Shown here: piece after piece, positions 31,360 through 41,858 of the stretch | Layout of the letters: the number at the start of each line of letters is the position of its first letter | Numbering within the stretch: the stretch's first letter is position 1 | Assembly (NCBI GenBank): GCA_032718475.1 | Contig: JAUCBJ010003166.1 | Location: 1 to 50,029 of the forward strand | DNA: 50,029 nucleotides | Direction of reading: 5' to 3' | From: Nemertoderma westbladi | Lineage: Eukaryota > Animalia > Xenacoelomorpha | Translations under genes and position numbers: made by a program | Notes under the pieces: generated by a model | Told to the model about the DNA's origin: nothing | Databases searched by the model: none | Seen by the model: the letters and a program-made list of their open reading frames with translations, nothing else

Positions 31360-32361
31360 ATGCCAACATTATCAGAACAGACGCGAAATCTAGTACTGGT
31401 GTCAGGGGCGGTAGTGGGCGTTGTCGGGGTATCATGGGCGCTCTACAGATGGAAGCAGCGGGGCAAACTGCGAACCCTACGAGTGGCTGAACTCCTGGGC
31501 GAGCTGGCTAAGGAACACGTCCATGTGCGAGACCTCGAGAGAGCTGGAGAGATAATGATAGCGCTAATGGAAGACGGAGCCGACCAGCTGCAGGTAGTGT
31601 CCGACTTCGATAGGACGTTGAGTAGAAGTCGAGCTCCCGATGGAAAACCGGTGCCTTCTTGCCACGGCGCTATAGAACGTTGCCATCTACTGGACCCAGA
31701 GGTCGCCAAGGAGTGCAGGAAATTATTCGAGTTCTATTTCCCTAAAGAGATAGATCCCTCCATACCGAAGGAGGAAAAGTTCCCCATGATGGTGGAATGG
31801 TGGACTTCCGTCCATAACCTCCTCGTAAAGGCCAGAGTTACCGTGGAAACTGTGAAAGTGATTGCATCTGACTCAGGGATTATCTTACGAGACAGACTGC
31901 AGGAAATGTTTGAGTTGCTTTACGATCGTAAAGTTCCCCTGCTTATCTTCTCCGCGGGCCTTTCCAACATTCTCGAGGAGGTTATAAACAGTCAGGGAGT
32001 TCTGTACGACAACGTGACTATCGTATCTAACCGGATGTTGTTCGACGAGGTCGGATTGCTAACCGGATACACGGAACCGTTACTCCACACCTACAATAAG
32101 AACGCGGCGTCCGCTGCCGAATACGCGGATTATTTCGTCGTTAATAAACAGCGACGCAACGTTATTCTATTAGGAGATACAATAGGTGACACCCATATGA
32201 TAGACGGGCTGGACTACGTTAATTGCGTTCTTAAACTCGGGTTTCTTAACGAAAATAACGCGGATAATCTGAAGGCTTACAAGGAGGTTTACGATATTGT
32301 AATAGTCTGCGACGAATCTGTTAATGTGCCGCTCGCATTGCTCCATAGGATATTAAAGTAG
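31360..32361 (+). CDS. NT5C3: Cytosolic 5'-nucleotidase III family (pyrimidine / m7GMP nucleotidase, HAD superfamily), single-exon CDS
   Basis: HAD motif I SDFDRTL, plus MVEWW, IFSAG, NK and LLGDTIGD; N-terminal hydrophobic segment. A versus B paralogue cannot be resolved. Confidence 0.92.
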   Translation: MPTLSEQTRNLVLVSGAVVGVVGVSWALYRWKQRGKLRTLRVAELLGELAKEHVHVRDLERAGEIMIALMEDGADQLQVVSDFDRTLSRSRAPDGKPVPSCHGAIERCHLLDPEVAKECRKLFEFYFPKEIDPSIPKEEKFPMMVEWWTSVHNLLVKARVTVETVKVIASDSGIILRDRLQEMFELLYDRKVPLLIFSAGLSNILEEVINSQGVLYDNVTIVSNRMLFDEVGLLTGYTEPLLHTYNKNAASAAEYADYFVVNKQRRNVILLGDTIGDTHMIDGLDYVNCVLKLGFLNENNADNLKAYKEVYDIVIVCDESVNVPLALLHRILK

Positions 32362-33865
32362 AAAGTTTTTAGGAAATTTAATTAAAGAACTTTGTAATTC
32401 CACTTAATTTGTTTTTATAAATGCGGATTATTATATTACATCACTTAAGAATGCGACATAAATTACAGATTTAATTTACTTTATATGGATTGTTTTTGTA
32501 TTAAAATTCAGGGATTGTTTCAGTTTCGCATTCCTGCTCGCACAATAGAAATATATTGTTAGTCCAGAATATTTAGTTAGGGTTTTCAATAATTTGTTAA
32601 AAAGTATAATGAATTTAATTGTATTATGCTTTATACGACACAACATTATATCATTCTGGTTGTTTTCACTCAATTGACAAAGTTATAAAATTTAAACGTT
32701 ATAAATGGGGTTTATTACCCATAAAAATAGTTAAAATAATACTAATAATAAAACTTATTTATAAATACCCGTCGCTCACTCGTTAACTCCCCAAGCTTCT
32801 CCCGTAAAGTAAATCACTGCCGGTTAGTTTCAATTTCCTTTACCTAATATTTAGACTCCAATAATTTCTAAATTATGCAGATTTAAATATCTGGGTGGAT
32901 TTTGGGAAACGTTGAATTTATATCGGCGTTATCTATCAGTGTAGGATTTGGTGCATCCATCCACCCAACTTATAGCTTAGATGTCGGCTCATTGTTACTC
33001 ATATAATTATATCTTAATATAATTATATCTTAATATAATTATATCTTAATATAATTACGGTTGTGCTCTTCCATGTTATGTTCGTTGTGATTTCTTTCGC
33101 GTTTTCATATCATGTTTTAATTGTATTGTAAATTAATCTTATTTGTTATCCATATCAGTATGCAATGTATGTTTGTTTCTTGTCCACATTGCCCAATTTG
33201 TATCTTGGGATAGTAAAGTAATAATTATTAGTTGTAGTGTTTAGATCTAAGAAGCCTAAATGTCAGATAATTAAATGGATAAGATAAACAACACATTCGA
33301 ACTAATTACAAACTTATTCTTTTCTCGAAACTCCAAACTAAACAACCCGGGCATTAAGACGTTAACTATTTATCATTCGGGATTATCTGGGTGACATATT
33401 ATTAGCGGAAAGTATTTAGATATACAGATTAAATAAAGTTAGATAAATAACGCGTTTTATTTGCCAGTTTTCAACACTATAATTAAAAAAATATTTTCAA
33501 GCTGTAAAATATAGAATATTATTAAAATAAAATTTAAATTATAACTACATTTTACAATTTGGAAGTTATAACATTGTAAACTGGTAAATAAGTATTTTGG
33601 TTTATCAAAATTGTCTTAGATTATTATTGTTAAATAGTTTTAACATTTACAGCCTCCTAACGAGTTCTCTTCACTTAGGCAGTTTTGAATATTGTTTCAT
33701 TTATCTCTTCACTTATTTCTTCACTTCAGTTACTTTCATTTTTAATAAATTCGGCACTTTTCAAAGTAAAATGGCTCTATTATAAGTTGCCAGCCTCGCG
33801 TTTAGACTGACAGATAAAGTTTCAATAATATACAAATAATGATAGTAACAATGTGTTGGCAACCG

Positions 33866-33913
33866 TTTCTCGGCTTCCACGTCGAGGTCCCAGGTTCGAA
33901 TCCGACACCATGC
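33866..33913 (+). pseudogene. tRNA-Gly-like 3' half (tRNA pseudogene or SINE-head remnant)
   Basis: CTCGG-CTTCCAC-GTCGAG anticodon-arm-like segment, B-box GGTTCGAATCC, then ACCATGC. No recognisable D arm/A-box, and the T stem is imperfect. Confidence 0.4.
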
Positions 33914-34344
33914 TTATGAGACACAGTAAGGTCGCAACGCGCACGTGCTTTGGAGAATATTGGATATTAATTTCATTATAAAAATTACGCCTTTATCATT
34001 CATTACACTTAGTATCATTCGAGGTTAAGACCCCTAGAACTGTTCCTATAATACATACTGATAATCGCATTAAACCAAAACAACATGAGTTACTGCATCA
34101 ACCTACGAATACTAATATTGCGAACAGAAATGCTATGCTGCGTGGAGTACCATTAAACTAATTGCGTTAATTAAACCACACATTAAAAGTAGAAAATTTA
34201 CAAGAATAAAACATTTCGTATAAAAATCAACGTACATTATAAACTAACATCTAGGATCTCGAGTACCGGTACTGATTTGGTTTATTTTAAAAAATATAAA
34301 TAATGAATCCTTAAAAATATAATAATAGATTGGATGGTTGGTTA

Positions 34345-35559
34345 TCAGATTAGGCTTTTACCATCCAGCCATCTCCAATTGTAATTAATCGATTTACGAA
34401 AATCATCGGCGCTGAGTAGAAATGGATAGTGGACGCAGGCGGCCTGGGTGAATTCGGAGCCAAGAGCTCTCCGCAATGAGTCAGCCATCACGGTGGTGGC
34501 TGATTGGTTGGGGAGTAGCGGACTCAAGGCAAGGTGGGCCATGCGAGCGGGGTCCATCATCCAAAATCGGTAAAGACCCAAACCGTAGTCCGGGTCGGTA
34601 ACCCCTCTACTAGAGAACGCCCAGAGAAGTAGTCTACGGTTCCAGTACATCGGGTTCGTGAACAGGGGAGAATTATTGTCGTGCATAAGGCAGGAGCAGT
34701 TCTTGTGATGACCGTAAAGGTTGTCTACCTCCAGTAAAGTGTTGTGAGCTCTCAACCAGATCGCCTGCGTCATTATATCGCCACGTATGTAGTGAGCCGA
34801 AACGCCTTCGCGATCTAAACTACTCCGTAAGGCAACTTCGTCCGCGGGTTTCGTCAGATCGAAGTCCAACTTACCGCGTCTAAGAGCCGATACCGCGTTT
34901 AGTTTGGTCTCGGCGTCGGTCGCCCCGACAACGGCTGCATCTGGGAAGGTCCCCAGGACTGAGGGTAGACAGAGAGTGTGGTAAGAAGAACCGATAACAA
35001 TCCACTTGACTGGTCCAAGCCCTTCCAGATACTTGGACAAACTGGAGTGATTGTGGACGTGGACTGGACTGTACAGAAGGACATCACCTGAAAGCAATTT
35101 AACCACAAACATGTTCATAGAAATAGTCCCGGCTTTAAGTGACTCGCTTTTATCTTTGGACGACCTAATCGATTTGGTGCTTTTATAATGTTCAATATCT
35201 TCATAGGCCGTCGATGCAAGGCCTATCTTCTCGGCTTCCTCAATAATACCAGCGCGCCCTTTTTCCGTATTGATATCTATAAAACCCTTCAACTGACCTC
35301 CCATGATTAACTGATCCTCCACTTCGTACGCAACACGCCATATTCTATCGGTTTCCTCCTCCTCTATAGTGTAAGGGTCTTCTTGCAATGCGTCATAAAC
35401 GTCTACAAGTCGTTGGGTTGGTTTGTTAAGGTAAACCATAAGAGATCTCCTCATAAACCTTGGAATCCATGATAATGTCGTTGATACAATTGACATTATC
35501 CTTGGCGGGCCATCCACTTTCGGAAACTCAGCAGCCTTATTATGCAATTTATCATCCAT
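34345..35559 (-). CDS. DUF4336-like protein (metallo-beta-lactamase-like fold), 404 aa from the first ATG, single-exon CDS
   Basis: Long GC-richer ORF. MFVVKLLSGDVLLYSPV...LEGLGPVKWIV..SSYHTL.LP....FPDA.VVG matches the DUF4336 pattern as I recall it. The track start at 35565 is GTG; the ATG is at 35557-35559. Confidence 0.7.
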   Translation of the reverse strand: MDDKLHNKAAEFPKVDGPPRIMSIVSTTLSWIPRFMRRSLMVYLNKPTQRLVDVYDALQEDPYTIEEEETDRIWRVAYEVEDQLIMGGQLKGFIDINTEKGRAGIIEEAEKIGLASTAYEDIEHYKSTKSIRSSKDKSESLKAGTISMNMFVVKLLSGDVLLYSPVHVHNHSSLSKYLEGLGPVKWIVIGSSYHTLCLPSVLGTFPDAAVVGATDAETKLNAVSALRRGKLDFDLTKPADEVALRSSLDREGVSAHYIRGDIMTQAIWLRAHNTLLEVDNLYGHHKNCSCLMHDNNSPLFTNPMYWNRRLLLWAFSSRGVTDPDYGLGLYRFWMMDPARMAHLALSPLLPNQSATTVMADSLRRALGSEFTQAACVHYPFLLSADDFRKSINYNWRWLDGKSLI

Positions 35560-36026
35560 AATCACATCAATTATTGGCTACCTACTGACCTATAGTATAA
35601 ACTATACGGTAATACAGTACCGGTACCAGTAGTTAATAATACCTAATCGATGTTTACATGCCGTATCTAAGCAACCCGACCTCTGTCTGTCTGTATTCAA
35701 TAGATCCCTGAGTCTTTAGTTCCCAAGGCTGCAAGGAATTTATGTGCCGCAGGTCTTTAATTCCCGGCGGTCTTTAGCTCCCACGCAGTTATTTTTGTCT
35801 GCGAATTTTTTATCCCCCCCCCCCGGTATTTAGATCCCGGTGATACAGTGTTGAACACTATCATTCGTTATGTCCGTTCTGCTATAGCGTTGAGAACGCT
35901 ATTGCCCTTCCTTGAGTAGGGCAGTACAGCAGTAGGGCCTAGGCCTATACAAATTAGATAGCAACAGTGGCAGTTTCTAAGTCTGTAGGTACAGAGGTAT
36001 TGCATATCTGCGTACTACTGGATATT

Positions 36027-37106
36027 ATGGCTATGGCCTCCCATATCACAATTTCAAGGCGTTTTATATTAATTTGTTTTTTATTTGGCTTTGCTTTGTT
36101 CTTATATTATACACTGAGCTATCGGCGTTTAATAGCTTCCAATGTTGACGACAACGTTGTCTCAAATCGAAAGGACCGTATAATAGCCGATAACACTGTA
36201 GGAATACAGAAACCAGATCGGGTTACCGTGGCAAAATACGCGGAGATTATAAGAACAGAGGCTTTAGCGAATTACCCCTCGGTAATATTAACGCCCAATA
36301 TTTGTAACAACATAAACAATTCAAATATATCGCTTCTGTTGATGTATAAAAGCAAAAACGACGAAGTTAAGGAAAGAAGAGCTATTCGGTATATACTAGA
36401 CGATAAAGTCTACCCGGTTCCTGGCCACGTAATTAAACCGTTATTCCTTATTGGAATTAAAAACATTTCCGACGCTAAACAACAAAATTACTTACGACTG
36501 GAATCAGAAAAATACGGGGATATTCTCCAGGGAGATTTTATCGACGCTTATCGGAATTTAACGACGAAACTCAAGTTCGGATGGCGTTGGTTCGTAGATC
36601 GGAGATGTCAGGAATCCGTGCGATACGCGATGAGTCTGGACATGGACGTGTTTGTAAACCACGTCAACCTAATGAAAACTTTAGATAAAAACAAACGCTA
36701 TCCTCTGTATCTGGGACACATCTACCGAAACGCTGCTGTTGACAGAAATCCTTCGGGGAAGTGGTTCGTCAAGAGGTCCGAGTACTCCGGAGACACTTAC
36801 CCCCCATACGCCGCCGGTCTCGGCTACGTTCTGTCGGGTAGTGCGGTTCCCCTGCTGCACAATCAATCGTTCCACGTTCCCCACTTCTACATCGACGACG
36901 CCTATGTCGGCATTGTAGCGCAGCGGGCCGGCATTGTCCCGGTCCACAACCCGCTGTTCCTCGCCGATTACTCCCCTCCAGGCTACTCCTACTGCGACTA
37001 CGCCGATCTCGTTCTCGCTCACGGCTTCGACGCTGCTTCGAAGCTGATGATGATGAGGGATATTTGGAACAGAGCGAAAACGACAAAATGTCCCAAATGG
37101 AATTAA
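36027..37106 (+). CDS. GT31-family beta-1,3-galactosyl/GlcNAc transferase (B3GALT/brainiac-like), type II membrane protein
   Basis: N-terminal TM; motifs RRAIR, E..KYGDILQGDFIDAYRNLTTK, DMD (DxD), YPPYAAGLGYVLS, IDDAYVG, HG. First ATG at 36027 (track start is GTG). Confidence 0.92.
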   Translation: MAMASHITISRRFILICFLFGFALFLYYTLSYRRLIASNVDDNVVSNRKDRIIADNTVGIQKPDRVTVAKYAEIIRTEALANYPSVILTPNICNNINNSNISLLLMYKSKNDEVKERRAIRYILDDKVYPVPGHVIKPLFLIGIKNISDAKQQNYLRLESEKYGDILQGDFIDAYRNLTTKLKFGWRWFVDRRCQESVRYAMSLDMDVFVNHVNLMKTLDKNKRYPLYLGHIYRNAAVDRNPSGKWFVKRSEYSGDTYPPYAAGLGYVLSGSAVPLLHNQSFHVPHFYIDDAYVGIVAQRAGIVPVHNPLFLADYSPPGYSYCDYADLVLAHGFDAASKLMMMRDIWNRAKTTKCPKWN

Positions 37107-37237
37107 CGATATTTTATTTTTGGGGATTGCTTTAAGGTGCAGTTTGTTTAGGTTATGCCTCTTTCACTGTTTACTTTGTTGTTAGTTCGTTTTATAGTGA
37201 AACCTGGACTACTTTTATACAAATTTTTATATTTTAG

Positions 37238-37267
37238 CTCGCTCGACCTAATAGTAGTAGTAATAGC
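37238..37267 (+). mobile_element. Very short 3' tip of RTE family 1
   Basis: CGCTCGACCTAATAGTAGTAG matches the terminus CGCTCGACCTAGTAGTAG at 23458-23478. Confidence 0.5.
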
Positions 37268-37717
37268 TTATTATTACGACTGGAAGTCGAAGCCATAAAA
37301 AGTTATAAAAAGTGGATGGCAGTCGCATAAAGTTTATCACTAATTGACTACTTTATAACCAGGAATAATTAATCTGGTACAGTGGTACACGCCACTACTG
37401 ATGTTATTCTAAATCTATTTACTCAAATGGCGACCCTAAGTAAAATGATCAAATCATGCAAGAAGCAATCCTAACCCAAGTTATGAAAGTAATTGGTAGT
37501 CTACCTGTACCGGGTCTTACTTGTAATGAAACGGCCAAGAATTCATATGGGACTGGTTCTCATGGCGGCCATTCGTTTTACAACCGCCGTATAAAGCATT
37601 CACTTCACACCCGCCGTAGTAGTATAAAGTTGTGCAGTATATTAATAATATTGATTATAACTGCGGTGCCGAGCCCCGATCCGACCCCTATTCTGACATC
37701 TAGAATTGATATTTAAT

Positions 37718-38097
37718 GGATCTAGGAGACAATTCGTCCCCGGGGCGAAAAATCTAGGGACGAAAAGTTACAGAAAATTTCTGGGGACGAAAAGTCCGGG
37801 GACGAAATTTCCACCATCACGGACTTTTCGTCCCGTAAGTAAATAATTACTAGCTTCTTTGACTATCATCTAATAAAAATTACTAGCTACCATGACTCAT
37901 AAATTTTTCCAGACAAATAATTAAATTGAAGATTAAATTTTATTTTTAATTTTGTACTACTCATACTAGCTAATAAATGTACCAGCTAACACAAAATCAA
38001 AATTACTAGGGTTGAAAATTCCGGGTCCGGTCCGGATCGAAAAGTCCGAGACGAAAAGTTCGACGACGAAAAGACCGGGACGAAATGTCCGTATACC
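37718..38097. mobile_element. MITE with GG..CC ends and GGACGAAAAGT subterminal repeats (MULE-like)
   Basis: GACAATTCGTCCC / GGGACGAAATGTCC inverted ends; 9-bp flanks ATATTTAAT and TTATTTAAT (8/9 identical). Confidence 0.7.
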
Positions 38098-38221
38098 TTA
38101 TTTAATATGGGTCTAAATATCGAGTGTTGGGAATGGGACACATCAATGTTCAGACATCGTCTATTAATTATTGGTCTTAATCAACATAATCTAATATAAT
38201 ATTATAAATAATAATTATTAT

Positions 38222-38638
38222 TAGGGTTGCCACTCTATTTCAGTTTCAATTTTCCCTGACTTTATGAAAAAACTCCCTGACTGCAGGTACACATTTTTTT
38301 TATTGGAAATATTATATTGGCCGCTTTATCTTATTCATTAGCTTTATTATGTTACAAGAAAATTGGATAATAATTAGCGAGTCCTTCAATATCAACATAT
38401 TATATTGGCAAACTACCACAACAGACCAATTACTGACAAAAGTACACCTTTAGTGATGTGAGGAAATGGAATAGCGAGCGAGCGAACGAGCAGAGAAAAT
38501 TTTCCACATTTTCGTTATGTCACATGTCCTGTAGTCTAAATCGAATCCCTTATTTGTAAATTTTTTACAAGAATTCCCTGACAATTCAAGAAAAAATGAA
38601 ATTCCCTGACTATTCCAGATGATTGAGTGGCAACCCTG
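38222..38638. mobile_element. hAT-like MITE
   Basis: TIRs TAGGGTTGCCACTC / GAGTGGCAACCCTG, subterminal TTCCCTGAC repeats, degenerate 8-bp flanks ATTATTAT / ATTATTTG. Confidence 0.75.
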
Positions 38639-38909
38639 ATTATTTGTCAAAATCATTTTATATAGTTATTCTGTATTTGCTTTCTTTAATCAAAATCGGG
38701 TATCCCCCTCAACCCTAATTTTTCTGAAATTTGGAATAGTAGTTAATTAAGCGTTTCATAATGTTGATTTTATATCCCGTGCTGTTTATTTCCCGATCCC
38801 CTGTCATAAGTAAGCTTTTATCACTCTCCTTGATTAAACCATTTGACCCGCTATTTGACCCGCGATACGGGGGCGTATCTTTGTTTAAAAAAAAGATTAA
38901 GCGTTCATA

Positions 38910-39040
38910 ACGATAAGTTGACATATTGTAACAAAATTACGCAATATGAAAAGGGCAGCACTATAATCTGCATTAAAGGCCCTTCTTTAGTTATGTAAAC
39001 CTCCCTCGCTGCGCTCGTTCGGAACAAAATACACTCGAGT
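38910..39040. repeat. Interspersed repeat fragment, second copy at about 43755-43888
   Basis: Both copies share TAAGTTGACATA.TGTAACAAAATTAC ... TTATGTAAACCTCCC.CG.TGCGCTCG.TCGG. Confidence 0.65.
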
Positions 39041-39607
39041 ATTAACCCTATATATATAATTTACCAGACACAGCACTGATATTAATTACTTATTTTTGCT
39101 TGTACCGACGGAAAGATGGATTCCGAACCTCAAGCGATTTATTTACATTATTATTATTCACGGGGGGGGGGGGGGGGGTCTATAAATAATGCATGCGTCT
39201 TGTTTTGCAACCGTCTTGCTTCGCACCGCACCCACAACAACTGAGTTGAAAAAAACAACGACATTTTTGTGATAATAAATAGTTCGTGTAATAAATATTA
39301 TAGAGTTTGACAATCAAAACAATTGAATACCTAAAGAACTAGTTCTAGAACTAGTAATTCAGTTTCGGTTACTATCGTTACTGTATACGTCGTGCAATCA
39401 ACAACGTGGGTCCTTCTACTCTATACGGTACTTTCGCAACCATGATGTTGTTAATTTAGATACATAGTATCTCGTTCCATACCACAACTCAATAGACTCA
39501 GTAAATCTTGCGCCCCAAAATTACAACTTGGCATTATATTGCACATTCGTCCACCTCGCAACTTGGTTTTTCCTTCCAAAGTAAATTCTGTCAAAAATGT
39601 TTCTTAA

Positions 39608-41344
39608 CTACCAAGAATCAAAATTATCAAACGTTGATTTACCGACGACTTTTGAAATCTTTACTGACCCCGACAATGACCTCACACTATCATCGTCATT
39701 GAAACGCTTACGCGCCTCATGGCTGATGTATTTACCAACCCCAGAACTGAAAACCTCAGGTTTAGAGTCCACTTTACGAAAGGGCTTTTCGCGATCCAGT
39801 TTCTCTTTAACAACTGCCTCAGCCTCTTTATCACGAAGTTCCTTAACCTTTACATCCGCTTCTTCGAAAGGATCAACAAAGACCCTACAGCTGACGATGT
39901 ATATATCTTTATTAGGCCTGTCCTTATCGTCAGTAGCTACCTTCTCTATGGTATCCAACGTGGTGACACCACCAACCAAGCGACCGAACACCGTGTGTTT
40001 GTTGTCGAGATGTTGACAGGAACGAAAGGTAATGAAGAACTGTGAGGTGTTGGTATCGGGTCCGTGGTTCGCCATGCTGAGAACCCCACGACCTGAGTGC
40101 TGGAGATTCGGTTTGAATTCATCCTTGAACGGCGCCCCCCAAAACGACCTACAAGCTCCTCCTGACGTTTCCCCTTCCCGAATTGATTTCCACTCTTCCC
40201 GATCTGTTTTCCCCCTTTTCCCACATGTTTCTCCACCTTTCCCGATTGTTTTCACTGCTTCAGTTTTACCCTCATGCTTCTTTAGTTTCCCCCCTCCCCC
40301 CTCTGCTTCCCCCCTAAGTCCCTCCGGTTTTCCCCCCTGCACCATAAAGTTGCGTATCAATCTATGGAAGCGACTTCCGTCGTAGTAACCAGTGGCGCAC
40401 AGACGCACAAAGTTCTCGCAAGTTTTGGGAACTTGTTCGCAGAACACCTCGAGATTAAGATCCCCCATGTTGGTAACCAGTCGAACATATCCTTTCTTAT
40501 CCACGAACTGATATCGGACAATCGATTCGTCCACAGTGGCAGCTCGTTGCTTTTCGATGATTGGCATAACGGTGGAGGTTAAACCAGCGGCGACACCGCC
40601 GGTGGAGTAGTGCGCGGCGCTAAGTGAACCCCCCTCACCGGCACCGCTGCTGGAAGGATCGCTGTAATTGTCGCTCCGCATGTAACTCGCCTCAGGGGAT
40701 TTATAAGTTTCGTCCAACTCTTTGAGAACCGATTCTGTTTCGTTGTTAACAAATCGGAGTTTGTGCCTCGCCCCGGTTTCGCCATCGTCATCCGTTGCCT
40801 TCCGGTTCTCCCGGACGTGGTGGTACGTAGAAATATTGAATTTATCCAAATTCTGAGGATCCTGTAAAGTTATAATATCTTTCCGAACGAAAGCCTCATC
40901 CGTTATAAGATCCTTCCAGTGTTTGGGTTTTATATTTAAACGGTCCACGGCGTCGAATGCGAATACATTACCGCTGGTACGAATAGCAACGATGTGAGAG
41001 TTGTCGGTAAAAACCTTGAAAGTGATTGGACAATGGAGTTCACCTTCAGAGTTCTTATGTAAGTTGAGTTTGAGAAGATCCTTTGCTTCTAATGGTTCTC
41101 CGCTTGTGGGGTCCTGTTTATATTTCTTTACGTAAGGCACTATACTCAGTAGATCGTATATGACACCCGTGTTTACCGAGCAGTATGGATCTACGAAGGG
41201 TTGCAACGAGAGCGCGCAGTGGTTGAACGGCAGACGACGGAAGTTTCGGCTCGCTGGTAATTCCGGGTTCTTTCCTCCGAATAAGTTGGTCCACTCCCAC
41301 GGCGTTACGTAAAGTTGATCCTTCGAATGCTGTTTCTTCCCCAT
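39608..41344 (-). CDS. PPIL2: U-box cyclophilin PPIL2 / CYP60, single-exon CDS
   Basis: MGKKQHSKDQLY, FRRLPFNHCALSLQPF, HCPITFKVF, IVAIRTSGNVF, AAHYSTG.VAAGLTST, cyclophilin core FHRLIRNFMVQGG...SMAN.GP.TN.SQFFITF, and C-terminal GVGKY...FDSW. Confidence 0.96.
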   Translation of the reverse strand: MGKKQHSKDQLYVTPWEWTNLFGGKNPELPASRNFRRLPFNHCALSLQPFVDPYCSVNTGVIYDLLSIVPYVKKYKQDPTSGEPLEAKDLLKLNLHKNSEGELHCPITFKVFTDNSHIVAIRTSGNVFAFDAVDRLNIKPKHWKDLITDEAFVRKDIITLQDPQNLDKFNISTYHHVRENRKATDDDGETGARHKLRFVNNETESVLKELDETYKSPEASYMRSDNYSDPSSSGAGEGGSLSAAHYSTGGVAAGLTSTVMPIIEKQRAATVDESIVRYQFVDKKGYVRLVTNMGDLNLEVFCEQVPKTCENFVRLCATGYYDGSRFHRLIRNFMVQGGKPEGLRGEAEGGGGKLKKHEGKTEAVKTIGKGGETCGKRGKTDREEWKSIREGETSGGACRSFWGAPFKDEFKPNLQHSGRGVLSMANHGPDTNTSQFFITFRSCQHLDNKHTVFGRLVGGVTTLDTIEKVATDDKDRPNKDIYIVSCRVFVDPFEEADVKVKELRDKEAEAVVKEKLDREKPFRKVDSKPEVFSSGVGKYISHEARKRFNDDDSVRSLSGSVKISKVVGKSTFDNFDSW

Positions 41345-41580
41345 TGTAAAATGTAAAATTAATCTGTAACTAATTAATGAAAACTGTCATAACAGCATAA
41401 GGAATGGTTTAACTCTGAACTCCGTAGACTTGAGACTGTAGGTCAGTAGGTCAACTGTATTACTGTGTTAAGTGCAGAAGTGTGTTCCCTACATCATGCT
41501 GTCATGTCAGTATAATTTATACTAGGAACTGAGTGGGTTCATTCTTATATTAACGGTTCAATTGTTGTTGCGATTATTGT

Positions 41581-41858
41581 GAAAAGTACAAGTTTAAAAT
41601 GTTAATAATGGTAGAGCTCTCTACAGTACAAGCGTTTGAAAAAGTGTCTCCGACGATATTGAACCAGTTACACCGCAGTTATTCTTCAACCTTATAGTGA
41701 TTTATTGGTACTGTTAGAAATAGAAAGCTGACAATGCAAGAATTCCAAATATAGGCCACTGGTTAAATATCGTCGGAGACACTTTTTTAAACGCTTGTAC
41801 TGTAGAGAGTTTAGAGCTCTAGCATTATTAACTTTAACATTTTTAACTTTAATTTTCG
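41581..41858. repeat. Long inverted repeat (foldback/MITE) just upstream of PPIL2
   Basis: Arms CTCTCTACAGTACAAGCGTTT.AAAAAGTGTCTCCGACGATATT.AACCAGT and its reverse complement around a ~90-bp loop. The loop sequence recurs at about 42286-42358 and, inverted, at about 45792-45853. Confidence 0.85.

Noticed and set aside
33866-33913. Functional tRNA-Gly gene
   Set aside because: The 5' half and A-box are missing and the T stem does not pair fully.
36769-37086. SR-like ORF (RRSRERERDRRSRSRS) on the minus strand
   Set aside because: Antisense shadow of the GC-rich GT31 coding sequence; no RRM and no independent support.
40148-40330. PPIL2 insertion as an in-frame intron
   Set aside because: The sense strand is purine-rich with no pyrimidine tract, unlike the AT-rich introns of the 7-13 kb gene. 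Removing the available GT..AG segment would not restore the GDPTG loop. Not fully excluded without RNA data.
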